The notes beneath the pieces are model-generated. The model saw only the letters and a list, made by a program, of their open reading frames with translations. It was not told the DNA's origin and searched no databases. From a virus: a stretch of DNA of 64,000 nt. The position numbers were made by a program, and so were the translations under genes. Position 1 is the stretch's first letter. Each line of letters starts with the position of its first letter. Shown piece after piece: positions 10,445-19,653 of the stretch. The DNA lies in IMG/VR virus record IMGVR_UViG_3300028569_000023, positions 22,036 through 86,035 of that record. The stretch is one strand, 5' to 3'.

Positions 10445-10985
10445 AATGAAAGACTGGACAGGGTATAGATTCGGGAGATTAGTAGTCACTCGATTCGAAA
10501 AACATACAAAAGTTAATAGACGGTCGGTGTATAAATGGGAATGTATATGTGAATGCGGAGTCGTTAAACTATACGACATTAACGATCTAAAAAAAGGTTC
10601 AACTAATTCGTGTGGTTGTTTTAGGAGACAGAACCAGTCGCTAGTTAAAAGGGCACCGGAAGGTATAGCTGCTTTAAATTCGTTATACAAATCTTATAAA
10701 TTTAAATGCGCTAAAGATAGAAATTACGATTTCGAATTGACAATGGATGAATTTAAGATCCTAACAAAAAATAATTGTTATTACTGCGGAAAGATCCCTT
10801 CTCAAGTTAAAAAGAGTAAATGTTCTCAATATGTGTATAATGGGATAGATAGGGTTGATAACAGTTTAGGATATACTACCAGCAATACGGTAGCATGTTG
10901 TAAAGATTGTAATTCTAAAAAATCAGGAGTTACTCGTGATATAGTATTTAAACTATACGAGTATTTTATTAAACTAGATGGCTAA
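10434..10985 (+). CDS. HNH homing endonuclease
   Basis: GYRFGRLVV..W.C.C.CG...SCGC N-terminal domain; CYYCG...NGIDRVDNSLGY...N.VACC..CN..K. Confidence 0.9.
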   Translation: MRAKMKDWTGYRFGRLVVTRFEKHTKVNRRSVYKWECICECGVVKLYDINDLKKGSTNSCGCFRRQNQSLVKRAPEGIAALNSLYKSYKFKCAKDRNYDFELTMDEFKILTKNNCYYCGKIPSQVKKSKCSQYVYNGIDRVDNSLGYTTSNTVACCKDCNSKKSGVTRDIVFKLYEYFIKLDG

Positions 10986-11649
10986 TTTAAAACTCATAAA
11001 TTGGGACACAGATTCTATCACTGTATGTAAACCGGACGAAACTCCATTTTCTGAAGAAGAAATTTCTAAATTCTTTAACGATCTAAATTCTCAATTTCCA
11101 GATTTGATTTTATGGGACGATGACGGGTATTTCGAAACCGTCATTGTTCTTAAAGCTAAAAACTATGTACTATGGGATGGTAAAAAGAAGAAGATCAAAG
11201 GTTCTGCGCTTAAATCGTCTACTCGCGAACCTGCCGTTAGAGATTTTCTTAATGAGATCATTGATACAATGCTATATCGTAAATTCGATTACGAGAATAT
11301 CTACCATAAATACGTCAAAGAAGCTCTTGCTATCAAAGATCCTAAAAGATGGGCATCTAAAAAGACTATTGGTGATAAAATTCTTAATCCTCAACGTACT
11401 AATGAGCAAAAAATCCTTGACGCACTGCAAGGAACTGAGTATACTGAAGGGGATAAGGTTTACTTTTTCTACAAGAAAGATGGCAGTCTTTGTACCGTTC
11501 AAAACTTCGATGGCGAATACGACGAAGTTCTCCTTGTTAAGAAGTTATATAACGCGGTTAAGGTATTTAGTACAGTGTTACCAGTTAAAGATATATTTAT
11601 TAACTACTCGTTAAAGAAGAACCAGAAGCTATTGGATACATTTAAATGA
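10978..11649 (+). CDS. Family B DNA polymerase, C-terminal subunit (motif C + thumb)
   Basis: NWDTDSI (motif C), KAKNY, KIKG. Confidence 0.9.
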   Translation: MANLKLINWDTDSITVCKPDETPFSEEEISKFFNDLNSQFPDLILWDDDGYFETVIVLKAKNYVLWDGKKKKIKGSALKSSTREPAVRDFLNEIIDTMLYRKFDYENIYHKYVKEALAIKDPKRWASKKTIGDKILNPQRTNEQKILDALQGTEYTEGDKVYFFYKKDGSLCTVQNFDGEYDEVLLVKKLYNAVKVFSTVLPVKDIFINYSLKKNQKLLDTFK

Positions 11650-11924
11650 AAGCATATTTAATCGATACAAAAGGTAATATCTTCAGAACTTTAGATGTTC
11701 AATATCCTCCTCTTTCTTCGTTTTATATGGCGGTTTACAACCCTATTTCGGAAGCGAGATTCTGGGATGAGCAAGAAATACCTGACTCTATTTCCACTAT
11801 TAAAACGTTAGAGTTCGATTTAGTGACAGACGTAGATGATTTTATCACATGGGACGATTACGAAGATTCGCAATTGACAGATTTCGACGAACATGTTATT
11901 TATAAACTAAGGAGTACAAAATGA
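11646..11924 (+). CDS. hypothetical protein
   Basis: ATGA overlaps at both ends. Confidence 0.6.
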   Translation: MKAYLIDTKGNIFRTLDVQYPPLSSFYMAVYNPISEARFWDEQEIPDSISTIKTLEFDLVTDVDDFITWDDYEDSQLTDFDEHVIYKLRSTK

Positions 11925-13054
11925 GCGAAGAGTCAGGTTCAGTATTTATGGTTCCAGTCGTTGAGATCGTAAATGTTAGACCTCATCCTAATGCCGATAG
12001 ACTAGACATCGTAAAGATCCTCGGCTTTGAAACAGTCGCTACTCGCGATATGTACAAGATCGGCGATTCTGTTTTATATATTCCCGTAGACTCAATTCTA
12101 CCAGCGGATATCGAGAAGGTGCTATTTGCTAATTCCAAGATGAAACTAACAAACTCCCGAGTTCGCGCTGCGAAGATCAGGGGATTCGTTTCTGAAGGAA
12201 TGATTACTAAGCCTGAACAATTTGGCATTACGAATTACAAACATAAGCAAGATTTTAAGGTTCGTTTAGGAATCACAAAGTATCAACCGCCTGAACGGAA
12301 TATCCAAGGAATGAAAGCTAAAACTAATCGAGTGAAGCTTAAAGATCATCCGTTGTTCCATTCGTACAATGGTCTTAATCGCATTCAGTGGCAAGAAGAT
12401 CTATTTCAAGAAGGTGAACTCGTCGTGGTGCAGTGTAAAATTCACGGAACGAATGCTCGCTATTCGATTTTACCATACACCGTCGATACTCTTTGGAGAA
12501 AAGTTCTTCATTTCTTAAAACTAACTCCTAAGTTTGAAAAGAACTACGGAAGTAATAATGTTCAGATCTCTAGGAAGTTTGGATATAAGGGATTTTATGG
12601 AAGCGATATATACGGGGACACTGGAAAGAAAGAAAAGATCTTCGAAAAGTTGAAACAGAACGAGATTGTATATGGAGAGATCGCTGGACCTGGGATTCAA
12701 AAAGGTTATTCATACGGATTGAAAGGTCATGAGTTTTTCCTATTCGATGTTAAGATTTACGATCCTGTCAAGAACGAAATGAAATGGCTAAATCCTGAAG
12801 AAGTCGAAGCGTTCGCTACAGAACGAGGATTCAAGCTAGTTCCTATTGTATTTAAAGGTGCGTTTAATAGGAAGAAAATGGAAGAACTCGCGACGGGTCC
12901 TAGTCTTTTAGATCCAAATGAGAAAGTACGAGAAGGCGTTGTAGTTAAAGCTGTTCTCGATTACAATAGTCCGTTAGCTAAAAGTGACAGAAAAGCATTG
13001 AAGATTATTAATCCTGAATATCTATTAAACCCGGAGAATACAGATGAGCACTGA
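11921..13054 (+). CDS. RNA ligase, DRB0094/Rnl5-like
   Basis: N-terminal OB-like HPNADRL; motif I KIHGTN; YGEIAG, FLFDV, EGVVVK, KIINPEYL. Confidence 0.9.
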   Translation: MSEESGSVFMVPVVEIVNVRPHPNADRLDIVKILGFETVATRDMYKIGDSVLYIPVDSILPADIEKVLFANSKMKLTNSRVRAAKIRGFVSEGMITKPEQFGITNYKHKQDFKVRLGITKYQPPERNIQGMKAKTNRVKLKDHPLFHSYNGLNRIQWQEDLFQEGELVVVQCKIHGTNARYSILPYTVDTLWRKVLHFLKLTPKFEKNYGSNNVQISRKFGYKGFYGSDIYGDTGKKEKIFEKLKQNEIVYGEIAGPGIQKGYSYGLKGHEFFLFDVKIYDPVKNEMKWLNPEEVEAFATERGFKLVPIVFKGAFNRKKMEELATGPSLLDPNEKVREGVVVKAVLDYNSPLAKSDRKALKIINPEYLLNPENTDEH

Positions 13055-13286
13055 TGCGTTCACTAGAGTAATTTATAGAATTATTACAAATGGACAAGAG
13101 TCAATTTGCACATACGATTATAGTTCGGTAAAACCATGGAACACGGATGATTTTCTTTCAGATTTATGTAGTCTAAGATGGCATAAGCCGTCAGCGAATG
13201 TCAGAATTTCCTCTAGCACGGTTTCATCTATTGAACTAATTCTAGTCGAAAGATCTATTCAACATTCTATTCAGTTTAAAACCTAA
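13044..13286 (+). CDS. hypothetical protein
   Basis: GGAG RBS; overlapping start. Confidence 0.5.
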   Translation: MSTDAFTRVIYRIITNGQESICTYDYSSVKPWNTDDFLSDLCSLRWHKPSANVRISSSTVSSIELILVERSIQHSIQFKT

Positions 13287-13309
13287 CTAATTGTAATTAC
13301 TAAGAAACT

Positions 13310-13702
13310 ATGAGGAATATTCTATTCATGAAATATACAAAACAAGAAGCAGCTAAAGAACTAGACCGTGTTGTTACCGAGGTTCTATCGAAAACCGATC
13401 CTGTAGACTGGCTAGAACTTATGGAAGAGATGACCGATTTAGTTAGAACTCACGCTCCGAAGAAACACCCACCTATACCTGTTTACGGAACGCCTGTAAC
13501 TAATCACGCGAAAGAACTTAAAGAGAAACTAGCAGAACTCCAAGCTAAAATGAAGACAGATCCATATGGAACCTTAGGTATTCTAGGCGGTAATACATCT
13601 GGTGCAGATATTTATTCCGATGCTATGGCGTATGGAACAGGGGTAAGGTTAATTCCTAGAAAAGGAACTTCCGGAGTTGGATCAGACGATATTCCTTTTT
13701 AA
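13310..13702 (+). CDS. hypothetical protein with SSB-like C-terminal DDIPF tail
   Basis: ends GVGSDDIPF; true start may be 13328. Confidence 0.6.
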   Translation: MRNILFMKYTKQEAAKELDRVVTEVLSKTDPVDWLELMEEMTDLVRTHAPKKHPPIPVYGTPVTNHAKELKEKLAELQAKMKTDPYGTLGILGGNTSGADIYSDAMAYGTGVRLIPRKGTSGVGSDDIPF

Positions 13703-13703
13703 C

Positions 13704-13732
13704 TGTACTTTCCATTCATATTGTGGTATACT
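13704..13732 (+). promoter_or_regulatory. sigma70-type extended -10 promoter
   Basis: TGTACT-N17-TATACT with TG extension; ATG at 13742. Confidence 0.55.
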
Positions 13733-13741
13733 AGAGGTCTA

Positions 13742-14716
13742 ATGGAAAATAATCACTTTAAAGTTAAGAAAATATGGATGATTGATTCTCTTCAAGAAGG
13801 AGACGAACTCGACACTAGCGATTATCTAGTAACTACCGATAAAAAGCTAATTCAATTTGAGTTCATTGAAACTGAAAAACCGACACGCACTAAGACTGAA
13901 ATTAACCCAGGTGTGTACACCGCTAAATACAGTCAAGGGGGTTTGAAACTAATAGAAACTGAACTATCTAGCGATAGCTTGCTCGAATCACATGGTCCTA
14001 CTCAAGAAATCGTCGCAAAGATTGACTGTTTCTTCAGGAACCTCGATAAATACCGTCAATATGGTATTGAAACCCCTCGTCGTTCTATGCTATTGTATGG
14101 ACCTGCCGGAAGCGGGAAGTCTTCCACTATTTCGTCTGCCGTTAAGAAGTACACCGCTAATAATAGAACTGCTGTTCTCATTTGGAAAACAGACGTGGTT
14201 GAACCTGACGACATTAAATTCCTTATTCAGGATTTAGAATATATCAACGTTGATTGTTTATTCTTTATCGCTGAAGATATCGGCGGAGTGGAAGCAGAAG
14301 ATGCTCGTATTAATTCCAAAAGCTCACTTCTTAGTCTTTTGGATAATCAAGAGAAAACATTCAAGATTCCGACAATGATGATTTCAACTACAAACTTTCC
14401 TGAAATGTTCCTTGCGAATATCGCCAATCGTCCTCAACGTTTCGATGATAAGATTAAAGTTGGATATCCAGATTCTGCATTCAGACAAGCACTTTTAAAG
14501 CATATGGTAGGAGAGCAAACTACCGAAGATGATCTCCAGGAGATAGGTAATAAACGTTACGATTCGTTCACCCCGGCGCATATCCGGGAAGCAGTTATTC
14601 GTTCTGCTATTTACGAGAAGACGTTTAAAGATGTACTCACTGAGATGCTTAAAGAAATCGAACATTACAATAAAGCTTTTAGTGATAAAAAAGATATAGG
14701 AATAGGATTCCCATAA
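13742..14716 (+). CDS. AAA+ ATPase
   Basis: LLYGPAGSGKS, FIAEDI, STTN, NRPQRFD. Confidence 0.88.
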   Translation: MENNHFKVKKIWMIDSLQEGDELDTSDYLVTTDKKLIQFEFIETEKPTRTKTEINPGVYTAKYSQGGLKLIETELSSDSLLESHGPTQEIVAKIDCFFRNLDKYRQYGIETPRRSMLLYGPAGSGKSSTISSAVKKYTANNRTAVLIWKTDVVEPDDIKFLIQDLEYINVDCLFFIAEDIGGVEAEDARINSKSSLLSLLDNQEKTFKIPTMMISTTNFPEMFLANIANRPQRFDDKIKVGYPDSAFRQALLKHMVGEQTTEDDLQEIGNKRYDSFTPAHIREAVIRSAIYEKTFKDVLTEMLKEIEHYNKAFSDKKDIGIGFP

Positions 14717-14964
14717 TGAGACATCGTAGAATTAAGAACTTATTTTCAGACTTTAAAAAAGGTAAAGGGTTCAGTATCTCAATTGATGCTAAAGAAGGAC
14801 TAGCTGATAATTCGTATTATTTCTTTAAGTTACCACAAGATTTACATTCTTCAATAGTAGAGCATGATGAATTAACTCCGTTTAGAAATAAGTTATATAG
14901 TAAATCCGGAAGGGGATGGTTAAGTGGGGGACTTAAACGATTTAAAATCACTAAAGACAGCTAG
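14716..14964 (+). CDS. hypothetical protein
   Basis: TAATG coupling. Confidence 0.5.
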   Translation: MRHRRIKNLFSDFKKGKGFSISIDAKEGLADNSYYFFKLPQDLHSSIVEHDELTPFRNKLYSKSGRGWLSGGLKRFKITKDS

Positions 14965-15151
14965 AGCTATGGCTAAAGATATAGAAGAGTCTTTGGTTAT
15001 TTTAGAAGTAGCATATACCGGACTTTTACGGTTTAAGAAGTATAAGAATATCTACGCATTAACTCTTGAGATGAAATCCTATAGAGAAATTCTAAAGAAT
15101 AATCTTGACAGATGTAACAAGATCATAGATAATAAAGGTAAAGATGTCTAA
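14924..15151 (+). CDS. hypothetical protein
   Basis: ORF in the operon. Confidence 0.45.
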   Translation: MGDLNDLKSLKTARAMAKDIEESLVILEVAYTGLLRFKKYKNIYALTLEMKSYREILKNNLDRCNKIIDNKGKDV

Positions 15152-15467
15152 AATAATCGATTGGGACGATTTGTTTAACAGAATCCCTTCTGTTGTTCAA
15201 ATTAAAAAAGCCAAATATCATGTATTATGGGTAGACGCATTCCCTAATGACCCTACTCAATTAGGTGGAACTGATCCTAATAAGTTCCAGATTACTGTGA
15301 AGAACGGCCAGACTTCTAAAGAATCAGTTTGTACTTTTTTACACGAAGTAGCTCATGCTTTTAATTTTGAATACGAAATGAAATTAACAGAAGCACAGGT
15401 TGTTAAGTTCGAAAAATCGTTACATTGGGTTCTGAAACCAGGAAACATATTTAAGGATAAAAAATGA
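15144..15467 (+). CDS. small HEXXH zinc metallopeptidase-like protein
   Basis: TFLHEVAHA, downstream E in LTEAQV. Confidence 0.7.
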   Translation: MSKIIDWDDLFNRIPSVVQIKKAKYHVLWVDAFPNDPTQLGGTDPNKFQITVKNGQTSKESVCTFLHEVAHAFNFEYEMKLTEAQVVKFEKSLHWVLKPGNIFKDKK

Positions 15468-16726
15468 CAAAAGAACAATTACTAGAGAAATATATTGAAC
15501 TTGCTCGTAAGATCAACAAGATGCCAAGTGTCGCAGATTGCGTGGCGCTTCTAGACGTTAAAGAATCAACCATTCGAACAAACTTCGGTAATCTAGCTAA
15601 TCTAAAAGAATTAGCACTACAAGTCTATCCCGATCTCGGGGATTCAGTAGTCCCAGCGGTTCTCGGAGTCCCCGACATTAGGAATCATCGCGAGAAGCTT
15701 CTGGATAATAAAACTAAGAAACAAAACCTTGATCTTGTTAAGAGCGTTAATACTCTGGATTTCATTGAGAAATTCGCAGAGAATACCTTTAGAGATAAAG
15801 TTAAGCCTGTAAATGTTAAGAAGAAGTCTAAGAAACCCATTAAGAGAGTCTTGAATCTCATTCTATCCGATCATCACTACGGATCTGATCTCCACCGGGA
15901 AGAAACTGGAAATGACACATATACCGCTATCGAGGAATCTCGTCGTTTGGCACACGTTGTCAAAGAGACAATCGAATATAAGCCTCAATATCGAGAACAA
16001 ACTAAGCTTTTAATCCATCTTGACGGCGATATGATCGAGAATAAGATGCACGATCCTCAAGATGCTGCCCCAATGGCCGAACAAGTATGTCGCGCTATTC
16101 ACGTTTTAACACAAGCTATTGCTCAACTTGCTGAAGCGTTTCCAGAAGTCGAAGTGGTATGTGCCACGGGAAACCACGGGAGATCGCTCACACGGCATCC
16201 TAAACGTGCAACAACTGGTAAATGGGATAGCTATGAGACGATCATCTATTACTCAATTAAGACTAGTTTAAGCCTTTATTCGAATCTAAAGATCTCCATT
16301 CCGAAAACTCCTTATTGTGTTACAAACGTATTAGGACATAGCATCTTTACGACACATGGCGATAACGTCATTAATCCTGGAAATCCTGGTAAATCAATTA
16401 ACACTAAAGCACTTGAGGGTCAAATTAACGCCATTAACGCAGCACTAAGCGATCATCAAGAGCATAAGGTCTTTATCGTCGGACACGTCCATACTGCCAG
16501 TATTACGCTTTTAAACAACGGAGCGACGATGATCACTAACGGAGCGTTGTGTCCTGGTAACGGATTTACAACAAGTATCGGTATCATGGAGTCTAATAAC
16601 TCCCAGACGCTATTCGAAACGGTCGAAGCTCATGCGGTTGGTGATATCCGATTTATTAAAGTTGGACCTGAACAAGATAAAGATGCTAGTTTGGATAAGA
16701 TCATTAAGCCGTGGAGGTCACTATGA
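15464..16726 (+). CDS. metallophosphoesterase/nuclease with N-terminal HTH-like domain
   Basis: SDHHYG, DGDMIE, GNHG, HGD, GHVH. Confidence 0.82.
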   Translation: MTKEQLLEKYIELARKINKMPSVADCVALLDVKESTIRTNFGNLANLKELALQVYPDLGDSVVPAVLGVPDIRNHREKLLDNKTKKQNLDLVKSVNTLDFIEKFAENTFRDKVKPVNVKKKSKKPIKRVLNLILSDHHYGSDLHREETGNDTYTAIEESRRLAHVVKETIEYKPQYREQTKLLIHLDGDMIENKMHDPQDAAPMAEQVCRAIHVLTQAIAQLAEAFPEVEVVCATGNHGRSLTRHPKRATTGKWDSYETIIYYSIKTSLSLYSNLKISIPKTPYCVTNVLGHSIFTTHGDNVINPGNPGKSINTKALEGQINAINAALSDHQEHKVFIVGHVHTASITLLNNGATMITNGALCPGNGFTTSIGIMESNNSQTLFETVEAHAVGDIRFIKVGPEQDKDASLDKIIKPWRSL

Positions 16727-16881
16727 TCTCTTTCGGTGCGTTCTACATTACCGGATTCGTATTAGGATACGTAATGGGAAGAAATGACGAAAAGCAACTC
16801 GCCGTAAAAGCTTCAAAAAGACCTCGTAAGTAGTAAATTCCTGATATTTAGACTCGAATAAAGGTATTAACTATTACAAAT

Positions 16882-17262
16882 ATGACATATCATGAATGGT
16901 CCGACGATTGGGGATATTGGAAGCTTCTAAACGAAGGTATTTGTTATATCGATAATGAACTTCGAAAAGCTCGAATTGGAGTCCACTCTAAAGAAAAGTT
17001 CGGAAGTGCGCGTTTTTCTTTGTACTTCTTCAACGGTCATCTTCACGATTTAACACATCCTGGTTATGTTTATTCTCAATATCCAAAATGGCTATGGAAA
17101 TTTGACGTAACGAAAAGTCCTTACATTTTTAAGTATTTAGGATTAACATTTATAATTAGACAATTACAATACATGTGGTTGAAAAGAGTTTTAACAAACG
17201 CGGAAGCTCTGTATCCTGAAATTAAAAAAGAATTACTTAGAGATTTAGTTGACTTTCTGTAA
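16882..17262 (+). CDS. hypothetical protein
   Basis: ORF; KEKFG motif. Confidence 0.6.
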   Translation: MTYHEWSDDWGYWKLLNEGICYIDNELRKARIGVHSKEKFGSARFSLYFFNGHLHDLTHPGYVYSQYPKWLWKFDVTKSPYIFKYLGLTFIIRQLQYMWLKRVLTNAEALYPEIKKELLRDLVDFL

Positions 17263-17276
17263 ATTTCTGATATAAT
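17249..17276 (+). promoter_or_regulatory. sigma70-type promoter for the structured RNA
   Basis: TTGACT (17249-54), TGn-TATAAT (17268-76); predicted start ~17283. Confidence 0.75.
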
Positions 17277-17282
17277 AATGTA

Positions 17283-17443
17283 AGTACAGCGGCGTGAAAA
17301 GCTGAGAGCCCGGACATAGCTAAAAAACAGCGCTGGTCGTTGATGCTAATCTTGAGAGGGCTTTCTGGAGACACGCACCCTGATCGGGTGAGGAATTAGA
17401 TCAGTGAAGCCTCATAGTCTCGGTAGCGCGGGACCTGTACTAC
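17283..17443 (+). ncRNA. structured tRNA-like non-coding RNA
   Basis: GC-richer island; closing stem AGTACAG/CTGTACT, GCGTG/CACGC, GAGAGCCC/GGGCTTTC, GTCTC/GGGAC; promoter upstream, T7 tract downstream. Confidence 0.72.
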
Positions 17444-17459
17444 TTTTTTTAGGAGTTAT

Positions 17460-18152
17460 ATGACAATCTTGCTACTTTCTGGATATAAACAATCAGGCAA
17501 AGATACAGCGGCTAACTATTTAGTTCAAGACCGTGGGTTTAAACGAGCAGCATTTGCTGATTCGTTAAAGAATGATGTTTCTACGTTTTTCAATTTATCA
17601 CGTAAAGACATGGACGATCAATCGACAAAAGAAAGTCCGATTCTAGATCGCCCGGTTCAATCTTACGATCCGTTCTCAAAGCTAGTTAACGAGTTTTTGT
17701 TTAAGGAATTCAGAACACGAGACGGTAAACAGCCGTTGCATTTTAACTGGTTCGACGGTGAAATGGTTTCTGTCGAAACAGACGGTCAGAGTATTGAAAT
17801 TAAAGAGCTTTTCTGGACGCCGCGTGCTGCTTGTATTTTCGTAGGCTCAGTAGGTCGTAGCTTTAACGCAGACCATTGGGTCGATAGGGCATTAACCAAC
17901 GTTGGGGATATCAATAAACCAATCGGATTACAAAACGTTGTTGTATCTGATTTCCGCTACAAATCCGAATACAATCGAGTCATTGAATTGTTCGGTAAAG
18001 ACATTGTTAAGACGGTTCGTATTGATCGTTTTGATACTGTCAATTCCACAGATCCATCTGAACGTAATCTAGATGATTTCGAGTTCGATGTTCGAATTGA
18101 AAACAAAGGTACTCTACAAGAATTCATCGCTAAAATTAACGAGGTTGTATGA
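17460..18152 (+). CDS. deoxynucleoside monophosphate kinase
   Basis: SGYKQSGKDT, FADSLK, VVSDFRYKSE, DPSE. Confidence 0.88.
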   Translation: MTILLLSGYKQSGKDTAANYLVQDRGFKRAAFADSLKNDVSTFFNLSRKDMDDQSTKESPILDRPVQSYDPFSKLVNEFLFKEFRTRDGKQPLHFNWFDGEMVSVETDGQSIEIKELFWTPRAACIFVGSVGRSFNADHWVDRALTNVGDINKPIGLQNVVVSDFRYKSEYNRVIELFGKDIVKTVRIDRFDTVNSTDPSERNLDDFEFDVRIENKGTLQEFIAKINEVV

Positions 18153-18383
18153 CAAAAGCCGAAATGAGATTCAGGGCAGCGTTGGAGATTCTTGTGCATA
18201 CAATTAGTTCTTCTATGCGAGATGACGCTAAAGTTGAAGAAGCTGTTAAGCTTGCAGATAAACTTCTGGCTGAATTAGAAAAGGTGAAAGAATGAACGTT
18301 GTTCATATAGGAGTTCGGTATAAAACCGTTTGGTTGAAATACCTTGCTTATTTTCTGTTAGGATTATTAGTAGGAGTTGTATT

Positions 18384-18758
18384 ATGAAAAGTAGTCACGT
18401 ATTTGCACTAAACGAACTGTCCAAAGAAATCCACGAGGATAACGTTAAAGCGGGATGGTGGACAGATCTCGCGACAGGGCAGAAGAAAGATCGTAACGTC
18501 GGAGAGCTATTATGTTTGGTTCATTCTGAAATTAGTGAAGCAATGGAAGGATTCCGAAAGAATCTGAAAGACGATAAGCTTCCGAATCGTTCGATGTTTG
18601 AAGTCGAACTAGCCGATACTCTTATTCGTATTTTCGATATCGCAGGTGCTCATAATTTAGATCTAGGCGGTGCTGTATTCGAGAAACGAGCGTTCAACAA
18701 GAAACGTGAAGATCACCAACTAGAGAACCGTAAACAAGAGAACGGGAAGAAGTTCTAA
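18384..18758 (+). CDS. MazG-like nucleotide pyrophosphohydrolase
   Basis: LVHSEISEAMEG and ELADTLIRIFD; AGGAG RBS before ATG 18384. Confidence 0.85.
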   Translation: MKSSHVFALNELSKEIHEDNVKAGWWTDLATGQKKDRNVGELLCLVHSEISEAMEGFRKNLKDDKLPNRSMFEVELADTLIRIFDIAGAHNLDLGGAVFEKRAFNKKREDHQLENRKQENGKKF

Positions 18759-18935
18759 TGGACTGGTTGGGAGTTTTTAAAGTTTACTTCGAAGTTAAAG
18801 GTCATCATTGTCAATTTATCGTTTTAGCTAGAAGTGTTAATGAAGCTTTAGCAAAAGCACAGACACAAAATGACAATTGGGCCGATACTATTAGAATCGA
18901 ATTCATGGGAGCAGTTGATATTAAATAAGGAAGTA

Positions 18936-19229
18936 ATGGCAAGAAATAAAGATTCTGAGCTAGAAAGACTTGAACAAGAAGTACGTGAGTTAAAGAAACT
19001 GAACCGTCAGTTGATGAAGCAAGTTAAGAAAGCTTCAAAAGGTCGTAAAGATCGAATTAAAGATACAGAAGACGAACAAGAAGAGTTCGTAGAAGAACCC
19101 CAAGAAAGGGAAACCTGTCCGGTTTGTTATGAAAAGTCCATTTCCGAATTAAAGCTAAACCTTATAAACGGGAAAGAAAAGATCATCAAAACGTGTACAA
19201 GTTGTGGACATAGAATTGGCAAAACCTAA
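18936..19229 (+). CDS. coiled-coil and zinc-ribbon protein
   Basis: CPVC...CTSCG; start MARNKD after AAGGA. Confidence 0.6.
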   Translation: MARNKDSELERLEQEVRELKKLNRQLMKQVKKASKGRKDRIKDTEDEQEEFVEEPQERETCPVCYEKSISELKLNLINGKEKIIKTCTSCGHRIGKT

Positions 19230-19641
19230 GAACCTGAAAACGTTTATTATCCAGATACTACGTAGAGCGTCGTTAAAATGGCCCGCTCGTCAAGAGATTC
19301 TTGCGGCAAGTCGCGTAGAGCGCGGAGTTTACAAATGCGCAATGTGTAATAGCTTGTTCAAGAAAGAACAAGTACACGTTGATCATATTCATCCTGTAAT
19401 TCCTATTAATGGAACGTTCACTACGTTCGATGATTATATCGAAAGACTGTTCTGTGAATCCAGTGAACTCCAAGTGATATGTGGTACATGCCACAACTTG
19501 AAGAGTAAAATCGAAATAGAGATGCGTAAAACAGTTCGTAATACCAAAAAAGAAGAAGATAAAGCTAATGAAGTTGTTGAAGAATTCCAAGACTTTAGAA
19601 GTGCTAAAAGAAAAAAGATTGACAAAGAGAAGAAAGGCTAG
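19204..19641 (+). CDS. HNH endonuclease (zinc-binding; possible resolvase or packaging nuclease)
   Basis: CAMC...VDHIHP...LQVICGTCH..K. Confidence 0.85.
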   Translation: MDIELAKPKNLKTFIIQILRRASLKWPARQEILAASRVERGVYKCAMCNSLFKKEQVHVDHIHPVIPINGTFTTFDDYIERLFCESSELQVICGTCHNLKSKIEIEMRKTVRNTKKEEDKANEVVEEFQDFRSAKRKKIDKEKKG

Positions 19642-19647
19642 TATAAT
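19619..19647 (+). promoter_or_regulatory. consensus sigma70 promoter, leaderless
   Basis: TTGACA-N17-TATAAT; ATG at 19654. Confidence 0.8.
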
Positions 19648-19653
19648 AACCAC

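Noticed and set aside
10434-10985. Group I intron or intein in polB
   Set aside because: The HNH ORF overlaps both polymerase ORFs, leaving no room for P/Q/R/S core elements. It is out of frame, has stop codons, and lacks intein C/S...HN termini.
13742-14716. sigma54 enhancer-binding protein
   Set aside because: No GAFTGA loop; motifs fit a classical AAA ATPase
17283-17443. Canonical tRNA or tmRNA
   Set aside because: No TTCRA T-loop, no 7-nt anticodon loop, no CCA; too short and no tag ORF for tmRNA
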